Below, piece after piece: positions 62,926 through 64,000 of a DNA stretch of 64,000 bases. Each line of letters opens with the position of its first letter. Position 1 is the first letter of the stretch. The stretch comes from the human T2T-CHM13v2.0 reference genome, Homo sapiens, in NCBI RefSeq assembly GCF_009914755.1, contig NC_060933.1, one strand, 5' to 3'. The position numbers and the translations under genes are program-made. Below the pieces are notes generated by a model. It did not search any database, was not told the DNA's origin, and saw nothing but the letters and a program-made list of their open reading frames with translations.

Positions 62926-63216
62926 TCAATTCCCAATACCATTCCAGAACACTTTTAATATAACCAGATGAAATTGTGATCACTACTTTACTGTAATGTT
63001 TAAAATGGTCCTCAGTCCATATTTAAGTACAATCTTAGTGTTTCTGTGCAACCTAATATATTAGAAACAAAAATTGTATTGCATTTGAATAGGAAATACT
63101 CTGAATTGAGGGTTATTTCTTTTAACAGTTGCAATTAGATTGGTTAGTGACAATTATCTGTAATTTTCAGGCAATGCCTAGGCAAGTGCCCAAGGCACAG
63201 TAGCCTCCTCCTTGCC

Positions 63217-63219
<3 letters not shown>

Positions 63220-63252
<33 letters not shown>
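63220..63252. repeat. (TG)n microsatellite
   Basis: Direct reading. Confidence 0.97.
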
Positions 63253-63255
<3 letters not shown>

Positions 63256-63926
63256 GGTGGTAACATTTCTGGGAATTTGTCTTAACATAAAATGATACCA
63301 CCTTTCACAAAACGACCTAGAGGAAGTTGGAAATCCCACTATCCTGGCTTCCTGCTGAGCAATATCTGCTTCTCTTTCTGACTCAGGTTGATGCATCTGT
63401 ATACTTAGCTTCACTTCTCCAGTAAATAAGGGAGAGCTTTATTATAAAAGACAACTTCTATTGATTTTCAAGGGGGTGGGTGGTTGTCAAGCTCACTCCT
63501 TTCTATGCACTGAGGGAAAATTATTGTAAGCGATCTGTAAAACAATAGATGAAAAAAGAGGAGATAAAAATTAAATAAAATTTAAATAAAAACTAGGATC
63601 CTAAGTGGAAAAATAGCTTTAAATTAGAAATTGATACCAAAAAATAATGATATGTAATCTAAGGTGAAAATATTTTGAAGACTATCACGATATCTCCCTT
63701 AAATGTTATTTAGTTCTGAAAAATATGTATTGAAGAACTGTTATATTTTACTTTATGTCATATTAAGTGTGGTAAAATTAAAGAGAAACAAGTAGATAAA
63801 AGTAAAGATTGTATTATTATTTTATCACTCAGGTTATTTCAAGACTGGAGACATTCTTTAAATAAACCTAAATTATGACTCCTTGCACTTAAGTTTTGCT
63901 AACATAAAAAGTATGTATGATTTCAG

Positions 63927-64000
63927 AGATTTCTGCATATTTTGGAATGAGCTCTTCAGTTGCTTGTAATTTCCAAGAAGATTACCCATTTTACCCCTTA
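63927..64000 (+). pseudogene. Start of the next CNTNAP3/4-like pseudo-exon (probably runs off the window)
   Basis: tttcag|AGATTTCTGCATATTTTGG: (E)ISAYFGMSSSVACNFQEDY, the 'EISAYF..SS..Y.FQE' exon that follows the EGF exon in CNTNAP3/4. Confidence 0.82.

Overview
Hominoid (human-like) genomic DNA, mostly interspersed repeats: L1, about 25 Alus, MaLR/ERV LTRs, Tigger/MADE1, MIR and L2. It reads as a segmental-duplication mosaic like the pericentromeric chr9 FGF7P/GLIDR/CNTNAP3 blocks; that placement is recalled, not searched. Gene-derived content: (i) an unprocessed partial FGF7 duplicate (last two coding exons, the intron between them and the long 3' UTR) that still splices into an uninterrupted 97-aa KGFLP-type ORF, which the ORF track misses; (ii) two CpG islands (~30.3-31.0 kb and ~48.0-48.9 kb), each with a plus-strand splice donor; (iii) three decayed CNTNAP3/CNTNAP4-like exons (57.7, 61.7 and 63.9 kb); (iv) a ~475-bp coding-like insert of unidentified origin inside an old L1. 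Three junctions carry templated direct and inverted micro-insertions resembling polymerase-theta repair scars. Two different MaLR elements carry Alus at the same internal site. No complete protein-coding gene, RNA gene or CRISPR array is present, and nothing here demonstrates a new biological system; most listed ORFs are repeat-derived. Repeat subfamily names and reference comparisons are from memory, and repeat boundaries are approximate unless TSDs are cited.
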